From NCBI GenBank assembly GCA_965207375.1, contig OZ242274.1, positions 1,152,001 through 1,216,000 of the forward strand: 64,000 bases of DNA. The letters are read 5' to 3'. A program made the translations under genes and the position numbers. The notes under the pieces were generated by a model. That model saw only the letters and a list, made by a program, of their open reading frames with translations. It was not told the DNA's origin and did not search any database. Shown here one piece after another: positions 32,801 to 44,354 of the stretch; position 1 is the stretch's first letter; each line of letters begins with the position of its first letter. The stretch comes from Nitrosopumilaceae archaeon. GTDB lineage: Archaea; Thermoproteota; Nitrososphaeria; Nitrososphaerales; Nitrosopumilaceae.

Positions 32801-35800
32801 CAGCCACAAATGGTATAGGAACAGGTCTTTTCTCTAGTCCCTTTGATTTTACAATACCTAGTACAATTGACACTGTAGCACCATCTGTGGTAATATCTGC
32901 CCTATCACCTGCTCGTACATCTCTTTCATCTATACCATTTAGTATAGCATTTAGCGAAAACGTCACAGGATTTGAGGCATCAGATATTTCAGTATCTTCT
33001 GGAACTGTAACGAATTTAGTTGGTTCATTTACCGGCTTTTTTGGTGAACTAGGCAGCAAAGACGGACAGTTTAACACCCCAAGGGCAATAGCAGTCAATA
33101 GTACCGGTCACATATTCGTACTAGAAAACCACAACAGCCGCATTCAGATACTAGAGATTATAGACGGTGAGATACGTCATGCAGCCAATTTTGACATTGC
33201 ACCATTTAATGATCCTCAAAGAATGGCAATAAATTCAACAGGTCACATCTTTGTGACAGACAAAGGCAGTGATGGCGTTCATGTAATTGATCCAGCAGGC
33301 AAATATCTGACTCATCTTGGCACTGGTCAAGGTGATGAAAACGATGAGTTTGAGGATCCAATTGGAATTACAATAAATGGTACTGACCACATCTTTGTAG
33401 TAGACGCTTTTAACGAACGTGTCAAGATACTAGACTCTTCTGGAAAATACTTGGATCAGATTGATGACAACAGTACAGGTGATAACAGGTTACTTGCTCC
33501 AAGTGACATTGCAATAAATTCAGCAGGACACATCTTTGTAACAGACACTAGCTTTGACAGAGTTCAGATCTTCAACAATGTCGGTCACCTTGTTGGTACG
33601 TTTGGTACGGCCGGTCCAGGTAATGGTCAATTCAATGATCCAAATGGAATAGCAATAAACAGTGACGACCAGATTTATGTGGCAGACCGGAATAACAACC
33701 GCGTTCAGATATTTGATAGTGCAGGAAACTATCAAAGTAAGTTTAACGGTACAGGTTCAGGTGATGATATATTGAGATACCCCACAGATATTGCGCTAGA
33801 TTCTATGGGCGGCATTTATGTAACGAGTCTTACAAATAATCAAATCTATGTAGAGCGTGACACGCACTCTTTTGCGGTACAAAATCCTGGAAATGGAAGA
33901 CTTACAGTATCCATACCTGCAAATTCCGTACATGATGCAGCAGGCAACGGCAACCCTGCATCAAATACTGTATCTGTAACTGTAACTGGATCTTCGGTTG
34001 TAATACCGACTGTAACTGCACCTGGTGTACCAACCAGTCTTAGTGCAACAGCAGGTGACGGTCAAGTTGTACTATCTTGGAGAGCACCAAATAATGACGG
34101 AAATTCACCAATTACCAGATACACCATTGAACAAAGTACCAACGGTGGCACCTCATGGACTGCTTCTACTCCTTCAACATCAACTGGAACGACAGTTACA
34201 GTAACAGGTCTTACAAATGATCAAGTCTATCACTTTAGGGTAAGTGCCACAAACAGTATCGGAACAGGTGCAGCATCAGGTACTGCACAGGCAACGCCAA
34301 CAGGGCAACAAACGCCAATAGTACAACCACCTCCAACAGTGCAGGACAACACACGACCTACAATTACAATCAATGGTGCAAATCCTATTACCATATCTTT
34401 AGGCGATACATACAATGATGCAGGCGCTACATGTACAGATAATGTAGATTCTACTCCTACACTTACTGATACAAGTACAGTTGATGCCTCCACTAGAGGT
34501 TCATACACAGTAACGTACACATGTACTGATGATGCAAATAACTCTGCACAAGCAGTTCGAACAGTCAATGTGGTTACAGTACCAAGTGCAACAACAAATC
34601 TTAGAGCATCAGCAGGTGACGCTCAAGTTATACTAAGATGGACTGCACCTGATAATGGAGGATCTACAATTATAGATTATATCATAGAATATAGTGCAAA
34701 CGCAGGCACATCATGGAGCACCGTCAATGACGGTACATCCGCTAGTGCCGCTAGTACCGTAACCGGTCTGACAAACGGACAAAACTATCAGTTTAGAGTC
34801 AGTGCTGTAAATGGTGAAGGGACAGGGACTACATCCAATGTTGCTACTGCAACTCCGCGTGTAACAGTACAACCAGTAATTACAGCACCAGGTGCCAACA
34901 GGTCTTAGTGCAACAGCAGGCGATGGTGAAATCACACTGACTTGGACTGCACCAGCAGATAATGGAAATTCACCAATTATCGATTATGTCATTGAACAAA
35001 GTACAGATGGCGGCACCACTTGGGGTGATTCGACTCCTGCAACATCTGTTGGAACAACTGTTACTGTCACAGGTCTTACAAACGATATACTATACCAGTT
35101 TAGAGTAAGTGCAACAAATGTACAAGCACCAGGAGTACCATCTGATGTCGTTTCTGCAACTCCAACTGCAACCGTACAACCTGTAATTACAGCACCAGGA
35201 GCACCAACTAATCTTTCAGTAGATGCCATAAGCGAGACCACAGTAACACTGTCTTGGACTGCACCTGTAGATAATGGTGGATCTGCAATTATTAATTATA
35301 ACATTGAACAAAGTGAGGATGGCGGTACCACTTGGAACAACTCCAATCCGGTCGCATCTATCACGTCACCTGTCACCGTAACCGATCTCACAAGCGGTCA
35401 AGAATATCAGTTTAGAGTAAGCGCAACAAATGTACAAGAACTAGGACCTACATCCAATGTTGTTACTGTAACTACAACTGCAAGCGCACAACAGGGAACT
35501 GAAACTGTAATTACAGCACCTGGAGCGCCAACAGGTCTTAATGCAACAGTAGGTAACGGTATTGTTACACTGTCATGGATTGCACCTGCAAATAATGGAA
35601 GTTCTGCCATCATCAGTTATACCATACAACAAAGCACAAACGGTACTGTTTGGGTTAATTCAACTCCTGCTACAGCAACTGAACTGACACAGATTGTAAC
35701 AGGGCTTACAAACGGTGTACAGTATCAGTTTAGAGTTAATGCTACAAATACAGAATTGACAGGTGATGCCTCTGCGGCTGTATCTGCCACACCAGACGCT

Positions 35801-36706
35801 TCAATACCAACTGTACCTGACGCACCAATATATCCATCATTTTGGATAACAGATGATGCAACTGAAGTAAGATTGTTTTGGAATGCACCAGCAGATAATG
35901 GTGGGTCTGATATTACTGTATACAAGACACAATACAAAATAGCAACTGATTCTGATTGGACAAACGGTCCAGACTCTACAACAATTCCTGTAACTATATC
36001 AAACCTTACACCGAATCAACCATACGAGTTTAGAGTATTTGCAGTAAATGACATAGGAACCAGTGAACCGTCCCTTGTTACATTTGCAACGCTAGTACCA
36101 ATACAGGCTACAGTACCTGGCGCTCCAACTGCTCTTGTAGCAACACCTCGCAATGCACAGGTGGCTCTATCTTGGACTGCACCATCTGACGGCGGTTCAT
36201 CAATTACTGGTTATACCGTACAACAAAGCGTTGATTCTGGTACTACTTGGACTGCTTCTACCTTTACTTTATTTGGAACGACTACAACAGTAACCGGTCT
36301 TACAAACGATATACAGTACAGCTTCCGAGTGCTTGCAGTAAACAGTATAGGAATCAGTGAACCCTCCAATGTTGTTACTGCAACACCTACAGCACAGCAA
36401 ACGCCAACTGTACCTGACGCACCAATATATCCATCATTTTGGATAACAGATGATGCAACTGAAGTAAGATTGTTTTGGAATGCACCAGCAGATAATGGTG
36501 GGTCTGATATTACTGTATACAAGACACAATACAAAATAGCAACTGATTCTGATTGGACAAACGGTCCAGACTCTACAACAATTCCTGTAACTATATCAAA
36601 CCTTACACCGAATAAACCATACGAGTTTAGAGTATTTGCAGTAAATGATATAGGAACCAGTGAACCGTCCCTTGTTACATTTGCAACGCTAGTACCAATA
36701 AATTAA
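29839..36706 (+). CDS. Giant secreted NHL-propeller/Ig/Fn3 surface protein (~2290 aa), split by a frameshift near 34893 into ORFs 29839..34908 and 34892..36706
   Basis: Signal peptide; three NHL propellers; bacterial Ig-like domains; one DUF5011; about 10 Fn3. The junction GGTGCCAACAGGT lacks 2 nt relative to the recurrent APGAPTGL linker. Confidence 0.85.
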
Positions 36707-36923
36707 CCGCTTTGATGTTTCACCGTTTACTAATTAAAAAATGGTAAGTGTTAACGTCACGTTTGAATTTTTATTCTATTTTTTGACGGCAAAGTAATTT
36801 CGTAGCTAAAATTATCATAATTTTAAAACAACGTTAACAGATACAAAAAATGTAAATAAGCATGCCGCAATCAAATGTAATTAGTTATATAACCACAATT
36901 ATGCATATGAGCTATACAAAAAA

Positions 36924-39900
36924 ATGACATTATTTACAGTAACATCAATTTTAGTTGCACTTTCAGTAGCATCTGTATCTGGTCTTGTTATAGATGATGC
37001 ATTTGCACTGCACGATGACGATGATGGTGATTTATGGGTAGGACATCCGACCTTGAATCATACTTTTATTCCTACACTAGATGTAGCAACAAATGAATTT
37101 ACATTTGCCTTTGATATGCGAACACAGCTTTTTCGTGCCGCTAAGGTTTCATTGGTTAGTCCAGGTTCTAGTGAGGTTATACCTCTTTCAGATTCTAAGG
37201 TGAAAAAGCATGATGGTTATGCTCGATACACGCTGACACTGCCTGATGAAACAGTATACAGGGTTTTATCTTGGGATTCACCCGGCTCTTTTCAGACTGC
37301 AAAAGGCGCAGCTCTCAACTATAACTATGATCCAGACCATCCTCATGTGGGTCAATATAGCAGGAGTGCATCAAGTTCCTATGATGTAATCAGTACAAAT
37401 CCCATCACGCCTGTGGTGAGTATATCTTCAGCTACAGGTGGTGGTACAGGTGGTAATGTGACCTTTACCCTACAGGCAAATCCCGCTCCATCATTTCCAC
37501 TACCCGTAATCATAAATGTCACTACAGTAGGTGAGTATGGTATAACAACCGGCAGACAAGTCACGCCCATACATGAGAATGGATTTGGCACAATAAGCTT
37601 GTTAATTGATGATACAACCCATAATGGTAACGGTTCAGTTACTATACAGATAGACAAAGGTGTGGGTTATACTCGTGGTGCAGATGTGATTAAAACGGTA
37701 GATGTGTTGGATTCGCAACAACCAACTGTACCAAGCACACTATCAAATAGTACACAATCTACACCAATACAGCAAGATGCTATACTGCTAGATACTGTGC
37801 CACCTGTAATTACTGTACCTGGTAAGAATCCAATTATCATCAATCTAGGCACTACCTACAATGATGCAGGCGCCACATGCACTGATAATGTAGATACAAA
37901 TCCTACACTTGTACAAAGTAGTACAGTTGATGCTTCTTCTAGAGGTTCATACACAGTAACATACACATGTACTGATGATGCAAACAATTCTGCACAAGCA
38001 GTTCGAACAGTTAACGTGGTTACAGTACCAGGCGCACCAACTGGTCTTCGTGCAATAGCAGGTGACGCTCAAGTTGAACTATCTTGGACTGCTCCATCTG
38101 ATACCGGAGGCAGAGCAATTACTGATTATAAAATCGAATATAAAACATCAGGTGGTTCATGGACTGTATTCAATGACGGTACATCCACTCGTACCTCTGC
38201 AACTGTTACCGGTCTAACAAACGACCAAGCATATCACTTTAGAGTAAGTGCTACAAACAGTATCGGAACAGGAGCAGTATCAAATACTGCACAGGCAACG
38301 CCAACAGGACAACAAACGCCAATAGTGCAACCGCCTCCAATAGTACATGACAACACACCACCTACAATAGTACATGACAACACACCACCTACAATTGTAA
38401 TTACAGATTCCAATCCTATTACGATATCTTTAGGCACTGTTTACAATGATGCAGGCGCCACATGTACTGATAATGTAGATACAAATCCTACACTTGTACA
38501 ACGTAGTACAGTTGATGCTTCTTCTAGAGGTTCATACACTGTAACATACACCTGTATTGATGATTCTAATAATGAGGCACAAGCAGTTCGAACAGTCAAT
38601 GTGGTTACAGTACCAGGCGCACCAACTGGTCTTCGTGCAATAGCAGGTGACGGTCAAGTTGAACTATCTTGGAGAGCACCAGATAATGGAGGAGATGCAA
38701 TTACAGATTATATCATACAATACAGTGTAAACGCAGGAGCATCATGGAGCACCTTCAATGACGGCACATCAACTAGTACCTCTACTACTGTCACAGGTCT
38801 CACAAACGGAAATACTTACCAATTTAGAACAAGTGCTGTAAACGCACAGGGAACAGGGTCTACATCTAATGTTGCTTCTATAACTCCAACTGTAACCGTA
38901 CAGCCTGTAATTACAGCACTAGGAGCACCAACTAATCTTTCAGCAATAGCAGCTGATGGTGAAATCACATTATCTTGGACTGCACCTGCAAATGACGGAA
39001 ATTCACCAATTACCAGTTATACTATACAACAAAGTACTAATGCTGGCACCACGTGGGTTGCTTCGACTCCTTCAACATCTACTGGAACAACTGTTATCGT
39101 AACCGGTCTGACAAATGATCAAATCTATCACTTTAGAGTAAGTGCGGTAAATGCACAAGGAACAAGCCCAGCATCTAATGTTGATACAGCAACGCCTACT
39201 GCACCTGCACAACAGTCTACTGCACCTGGAATCCCAACAGATCTTTCAGCTACTATAGGTAATACTCAAGTAACACTATCATGGGCAGCACCCACAAACA
39301 TCGGAAGTTCTGCCATCATTAGTTATACCATACAACAAAGCACAGATGGTACTGCTTGGGTTAATTCAACTCCTGCTACAGCAACAGAATTGACACAGAT
39401 TGTAACGGGTCTGACAAACGGTGTACAGTATCAGTTTAGAGTTAATGCTACAAATACAGAATTGACAGGTGATGCCTCTGCGATTATATCTGCCACACCA
39501 GACGCTTCAATACCAACTGTACCTGACGCACCAATATATCCTTCATTTTGGATAACTGATGATGCAACTGAAGTAAGATTGTTTTGGAATGCACCAGCAG
39601 ATAATGGTGGCTCAGACATTACAAGCTACAAGCCACAATACAAAATAGCAACTGATTCTGATTGGACAGCTGGCCCTACGGGATTGTCTATACCTGCAAC
39701 TATATCAGGTCTTACACCGAATCAACCATACGAGTTTAGAGTATTTGCAGTAAATGACATAGGAACCAGTGAACCGTCCCTTGTTACATTTGCAACGCTA
39801 GTACCAATACAGGCTACATCAGTACCTGGTGCTCCAACAAACCTTCAAGCAACGGCAGGTAATGGTATTACTACATTATCATGGAATGCACCATCTGATG

Positions 39901-40412
39901 GCAGATCATCAATTACTGGTTATATCGTACAGCAAAGTATAGACGGCACCACTTGGACTAATTCTGCCTTTACTATATCTGGAACGACTGCAACAGTAAC
40001 GGGTCTGAGCAACGGGGTACAGTACAGCTTCCGAGTGCTTGCAACAAACGCTGTAGGTAACAGTGAACCCTCCAATGTTGATATGACTACACCTGTAGCA
40101 CAGCAAACAAAAACCGCACCTGACGCACCAATATATCCTTCATTTTGGATAACTGATGATGCAACTGAAGTAAGATTGTTTTGGAATGCACCAGCAGATA
40201 ATGGTGGGTCTGATATTACTGTATACAAGACACAATACAAAATAGCAACTGATTCTGATTGGACAAACGGTCCAGACTCTACAACCATTCCTGTAAATAT
40301 CCCAAACCTTACACCGAATAAGCCATACGAGTTTAGAGTATTTGCAGTAAATGATATAGGAACCAGTGAACCGTCCCTTGTTACATTTGCAACGCTAGTA
40401 CCAATAAATTAA
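36924..40412 (+). CDS. Secreted Fn3-array surface protein (Calx-beta-like domain, 2 DUF5011, 7 Fn3)
   Basis: Signal peptide; TATA-like TTATATAA at ~36885; C-terminal two-thirds parallel the upstream gene and end in the same ...FATLVPIN module. Confidence 0.88.
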   Translation: MTLFTVTSILVALSVASVSGLVIDDAFALHDDDDGDLWVGHPTLNHTFIPTLDVATNEFTFAFDMRTQLFRAAKVSLVSPGSSEVIPLSDSKVKKHDGYARYTLTLPDETVYRVLSWDSPGSFQTAKGAALNYNYDPDHPHVGQYSRSASSSYDVISTNPITPVVSISSATGGGTGGNVTFTLQANPAPSFPLPVIINVTTVGEYGITTGRQVTPIHENGFGTISLLIDDTTHNGNGSVTIQIDKGVGYTRGADVIKTVDVLDSQQPTVPSTLSNSTQSTPIQQDAILLDTVPPVITVPGKNPIIINLGTTYNDAGATCTDNVDTNPTLVQSSTVDASSRGSYTVTYTCTDDANNSAQAVRTVNVVTVPGAPTGLRAIAGDAQVELSWTAPSDTGGRAITDYKIEYKTSGGSWTVFNDGTSTRTSATVTGLTNDQAYHFRVSATNSIGTGAVSNTAQATPTGQQTPIVQPPPIVHDNTPPTIVHDNTPPTIVITDSNPITISLGTVYNDAGATCTDNVDTNPTLVQRSTVDASSRGSYTVTYTCIDDSNNEAQAVRTVNVVTVPGAPTGLRAIAGDGQVELSWRAPDNGGDAITDYIIQYSVNAGASWSTFNDGTSTSTSTTVTGLTNGNTYQFRTSAVNAQGTGSTSNVASITPTVTVQPVITALGAPTNLSAIAADGEITLSWTAPANDGNSPITSYTIQQSTNAGTTWVASTPSTSTGTTVIVTGLTNDQIYHFRVSAVNAQGTSPASNVDTATPTAPAQQSTAPGIPTDLSATIGNTQVTLSWAAPTNIGSSAIISYTIQQSTDGTAWVNSTPATATELTQIVTGLTNGVQYQFRVNATNTELTGDASAIISATPDASIPTVPDAPIYPSFWITDDATEVRLFWNAPADNGGSDITSYKPQYKIATDSDWTAGPTGLSIPATISGLTPNQPYEFRVFAVNDIGTSEPSLVTFATLVPIQATSVPGAPTNLQATAGNGITTLSWNAPSDGRSSITGYIVQQSIDGTTWTNSAFTISGTTATVTGLSNGVQYSFRVLATNAVGNSEPSNVDMTTPVAQQTKTAPDAPIYPSFWITDDATEVRLFWNAPADNGGSDITVYKTQYKIATDSDWTNGPDSTTIPVNIPNLTPNKPYEFRVFAVNDIGTSEPSLVTFATLVPIN

Positions 40413-40514
40413 CCAGTAACTTTTTGATATTCCACCAACCGTTGACGCTTTTCAAACACCTATCAAGTCAACAAAAAAGTAACTTTAGAATTTATTAGAT
40501 GTGATGATATAGAC

Positions 40515-40715
40515 ATGACAATGAAACTTGAAGACGCAAAATACAATCCTATCTATACTGCAATACTCCGTGATGAGAATTACGAACTCGTCTCTCCGGA
40601 TGACCCAAAGGCAAAATATGCTGAACAATATAGAAACATAGATGGAGAACTAACACATGTTGTATTTAGACTAGATACCGGTAAACCTGAAATAGATGAC
40701 AATACCATCACATGA
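40515..40715 (+). CDS. Small hypothetical protein
   Basis: 66-aa ATG-started ORF with protein-like composition; no recognisable motif. Confidence 0.45.
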   Translation: MTMKLEDAKYNPIYTAILRDENYELVSPDDPKAKYAEQYRNIDGELTHVVFRLDTGKPEIDDNTIT

Positions 40716-40879
40716 GATACACTAGAGTGCAGCCTTGATTCAGTTCCTACAGACGTAGACTGGGGTAAATGGGTAGAGAATAATGAATAATATAGAATAG
40801 AAATCCATCAAGTGTAACATGAAAGAAACTAGTGAAGAAAATAATAAAACTAAAGACAGTGCCCGTACGGATGAAGAAA

Positions 40880-40972
40880 CAGCTAAGCAAAATGTGGCCC
40901 AAATTCTTACCTCACCTCTGTTTGCATTTTAGGATAGATTTTGGCCTATTTTACACACATTTCGTTTAACTG
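40880..40972 (-). mobile_element. MITE family 1, copy B (93 bp, inverted relative to copy A)
   Basis: CAGCTAAGCAAAATGTGG...CACATTTCGTTTAACTG; its reverse complement aligns with 29230..29328. No target duplication seen. Confidence 0.85.
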
Positions 40973-41321
40973 GTAATCATGCAAAAATCATAAAAAAATC
41001 AATGGGGTATTGTAAGTGCTCAATTTGCTTCCTGTCGTCTATGATGGACTTATTCGACTAGGTTTCAAACCAGTGCGATTTGGTCCCAGAGATAACACAC
41101 AAAGGAAAAAACTTGTCAGAAAAGTTTCCAAATCCCTGCAAATTCCCACAAGAGACATCACAAGACAGTATGGATCTCATACACTACAAAAAATTCATTT
41201 TGTTCCTAAAAATATCAGACCGTATTATAAAATCAGTTTGCAGCTGTGACAGTTTCTAAAATATCGTAATGTCATTTTTTAGATTAAACATTCTTAGTTT
41301 AAATTGAGGGATTTTTAATTT

Positions 41322-42353
41322 TTGAATATTATGGTAACTGCTAAAAAAACCACAAAAAAAGTGACTAAAAAGACAAAGAAAACCAAAATAGTGTGTGTCT
41401 CTCACAAGGAGGATTGTGACGGTATCAGTTCAGCAGCCCTGATTCATCAGGCCTTTGGTGCAGATTCTGTTCTTGTTGACTATATAGGACAAATGGATGC
41501 AATAGAGCAGTTATCAAATGACGAAAAACTAAAGGCCTTATACATTTGTGATTTGGGACTAAGCAAAAAGAATCAGGATCAATTTGTCGAAATTATGACA
41601 ACGCTTCGAAAGCGAAAGGTTGCTGTAACTTATATCGATCATCACGATATTGATCCCGCTGTGACTAGAAAATTAAAAAAACTCAAAGTTAAAATGATTC
41701 ACGATATCAACGAATGTACCGCAGTTCAAGTTTACAACGCTTACAAATCCAAGTTAAATGATCATGCATCCTTTGTTGCTGCATGTGCTGCAATTACTGA
41801 CTATATGGAAGATAGGCCTCTTGGCTCCAAGTTACTTCACATCTACGATAGGCAGTTTGCTCTAATTAGTGCTACAGTTCTTACATACAATATTGTAGGT
41901 CATCAAAAGGATGACGATTATCTAGTGTATCTAGTTGAAGAATTGGCAGCATCCAAGTATCCGCATGAACTGCCAAACACTTTTGAGTTTGCACAAATCC
42001 AGGTTGAAAAATTGGCAAGCATCATAGCCACAGTTAAAAAAAGTATGAAAAAAATGTCAAATATTGGACACATGGAAATCCTAGATGCAGGTGCAAGTGG
42101 GGCAGTTAATTTCGTCTTAGGTTTATCCGGAAAAGACGTAGGAGTAGCTTACAAAGAAAGAGTTGATCACGGAATCTATGCAGTTTCTATAAGAGGAGCT
42201 AAAAGCTGTAAAATCCATTTGGGAAAAATTGTCAATGTTTTGGCCACAGAATTAGGTGGGTCAGGAGGCGGTCATGACAGAGCATGTGGCGCTGCCATTC
42301 CAAAAGCAAAAATGAAGACATTCCTAAGAGAATTTAATAAAAAGTTAGGCTAA
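41322..42353 (+). CDS. DHH/DHHA1 family phosphoesterase (start probably ATG 41331)
   Basis: SH.EDCDG, YICDLG, YIDHH and GGSGGGHDRACG motifs. Confidence 0.9.
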   Translation: MNIMVTAKKTTKKVTKKTKKTKIVCVSHKEDCDGISSAALIHQAFGADSVLVDYIGQMDAIEQLSNDEKLKALYICDLGLSKKNQDQFVEIMTTLRKRKVAVTYIDHHDIDPAVTRKLKKLKVKMIHDINECTAVQVYNAYKSKLNDHASFVAACAAITDYMEDRPLGSKLLHIYDRQFALISATVLTYNIVGHQKDDDYLVYLVEELAASKYPHELPNTFEFAQIQVEKLASIIATVKKSMKKMSNIGHMEILDAGASGAVNFVLGLSGKDVGVAYKERVDHGIYAVSIRGAKSCKIHLGKIVNVLATELGGSGGGHDRACGAAIPKAKMKTFLREFNKKLG

Positions 42354-42496
42354 ATGTGAGGCCTGCATCTAAGAAAATATCTGATTTAAAATTGCCTAGC
42401 TGATTTGTTAAATTTAGCTGTGGCCACATTAGACAGGTAAAAACAAATTTGATACTAGTTTTTAAAATAACGGTGTAAAAATAATGAAACTATACC

Positions 42497-43021
42497 TCAA
42501 AGGAATCTGCCATTGTTATCTAACCAATCCATCTTGTCCTCATAATCGGGCATGTATTTTCTCACAAGTTCCCAATATCTGCCAGAATGTCTACGTATCT
42601 TTAGTTTACATAATTCCTGAATTATGATATAATCTATTACATCCTTTGGTGCTTTAACAAGTCTGGCATTTAGTGTGATTACACTAGATCCGGTAACAGT
42701 TGACCATCTTGTTTTGAGTGGTTTTATAGCTGTTCTAGACGGAGCTACTTCAATTATTGAGGCAAGAGTTCTGACACGTTCTCTGATATATGACTCTTCT
42801 AGTTGGACAAATTGCTTGTTTCTTTCACAAAACTCTGAATACACTTCATACATCCACCTTTTATTACGATTGATTATTTTTTCAATGTCTTTATCTGATT
42901 TGTTAGATGGAACTCTAACCTCTATACTGCCACCGGTGATATGAATTTGCGATGATTGTCTCCTAGGACTTTTTACTACCCTGTAGGGGATAACAGTAGA
43001 TCTATACAATATGTTTTTCAT
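42497..43021 (-). CDS. YgjP/DUF45 (M48-like) protein with degenerate zinc motif
   Basis: KTRWS...ITLN.RL..AP..VIDYII(QELCK)L...HS..YW.LV...MPDY pattern. Confidence 0.8.
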   Translation of the reverse strand: MKNILYRSTVIPYRVVKSPRRQSSQIHITGGSIEVRVPSNKSDKDIEKIINRNKRWMYEVYSEFCERNKQFVQLEESYIRERVRTLASIIEVAPSRTAIKPLKTRWSTVTGSSVITLNARLVKAPKDVIDYIIIQELCKLKIRRHSGRYWELVRKYMPDYEDKMDWLDNNGRFL

Positions 43022-43578
43022 AGATTGTTATTTGTATTTGTAATTTATATGACTTTTGGAATCTCAAACATTTGTTTTTTGTGAATTGTAAAACGCTAGA
43101 TCAAGTAACTGATCGATTTTATAAAGTGTCATACTTGAATCAAATATAAAAATCATATATGTGATATTTTGTACACACAAAGTGTTACCAATTTATGCAA
43201 ACTCATATAGAATTAAAGACTAAAACAAGGCGCAAATCTTTTCATAAATCTGACTTTTACACATAATGCCCAAACTAGGGCACATGATGAAAAGTTAGAT
43301 TTTTGGAGGTTTTGACATACTCGTATAGTTCAGGATTCAGATTTCCTACATAAGATACAAGTGTAAAAACACGAGAATAAAATATGTGATTTGTCAATGC
43401 AGCTTGCAAGAGACAGGCATGGCACAAAATCTGACTAAAGTCAAACATACTAGACTAAATTTACATTTTCTTTCAAAATCATGCATGAATTGTATATGAT
43501 ATATCTTTACACAAAATCAAGCAAACTCGTATCACGCGTGTTGCAAACTTTAAATGCGTTATAGCATTTTTTCAAAAC

Positions 43579-43995
43579 ATGCTACTTCCTGCAGAAATTG
43601 AATCCAAAACATTGATTCCCGCACTGCGTGCCATTTTGGCAAAAAAATTGGCCTTGGAACATAAAATTAGAGAGGATGAAATATCTAAAATGTTGGGAGT
43701 TACACAGGCAGCAATCAGCAATTATATTCGTGGCACTCGTGGCGACCCTAACCTGATAGCCAAACTAATGGCAGAAGAACAGGTCTCAAAATTACTAGAT
43801 GAATTAAGCGAAAGCCTTGCATCAGATATGGCATATACACCTTCTAGTCTGTCTAAATTCATTGGTCTTTGCAACTATATCAAATCAAGCTTGTTGATTT
43901 GTGACATTCACCATAATTTAGAAACTAACATTGACGAGCAAGTCTGCAAAGAGTGTGAAAACATGTTGCTAAAAGGTCCCGGCAGCGTTTACTGA
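43579..43995 (+). CDS. HTH transcriptional regulator
   Basis: LP.EI...LIPALRA.LA...EISKMLGVTQAAISNYIRG.RG; C-terminal C..H...C..C. Confidence 0.88.
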   Translation: MLLPAEIESKTLIPALRAILAKKLALEHKIREDEISKMLGVTQAAISNYIRGTRGDPNLIAKLMAEEQVSKLLDELSESLASDMAYTPSSLSKFIGLCNYIKSSLLICDIHHNLETNIDEQVCKECENMLLKGPGSVY

Positions 43996-44300
43996 TTTCG
44001 TGTCAAGATAATCGCTATTGTAGATGTCATTTTGCCAATTCCTGGCGGGGCATCACTGTCTACTGTGATGTTTTCAACCCTTGCATCATGTATCATACCT
44101 TCTGTAAGAATATTTGCAACTGCAACTGCATTTGGAATTGCATCTCCTGTTGCCTTGAGAATCATTCGTCTTCCCTTTACAAACGTATGCAGTAGATCTA
44201 CTGCAACCTGCATTACGGGGTCAAATCGTACATCAATTAAAATGTCATCAGATTCTTTACGATTAACCATAGATGTTTTTATTATCTCTTCCATGTACAA
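43989..44300 (-). CDS. Alba-like DNA/RNA-binding protein
   Basis: ILKATGDAIPNAVAVANI and TSTIAIIL are Alba-fold motifs. Confidence 0.75.
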   Translation of the reverse strand: MYMEEIIKTSMVNRKESDDILIDVRFDPVMQVAVDLLHTFVKGRRMILKATGDAIPNAVAVANILTEGMIHDARVENITVDSDAPPGIGKMTSTIAIILTRNQ

Positions 44301-44354
44301 CAGCTAACCTGATCATTTTTTGTGTTCTTTTAAGTTTTATCGACAACTTGTCCA

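Noticed and set aside
35810-40412. Diversity-generating retroelement template/variable repeats
   Set aside because: Differences between copies are not adenine-specific, all copies are in-frame coding modules, and there is no reverse transcriptase in the window.
29230-40972. Composite transposon carrying the Fn3 island
   Set aside because: Copy A has its own AAATC duplication, and the outer flanks of copies A and B do not match.
43030-43570. Non-coding RNA in the long intergenic region
   Set aside because: Only a short hairpin (TGCCC-N6-GGGCA) is visible; no GC-rich stem set typical of tRNA, SRP or RNase P RNA.
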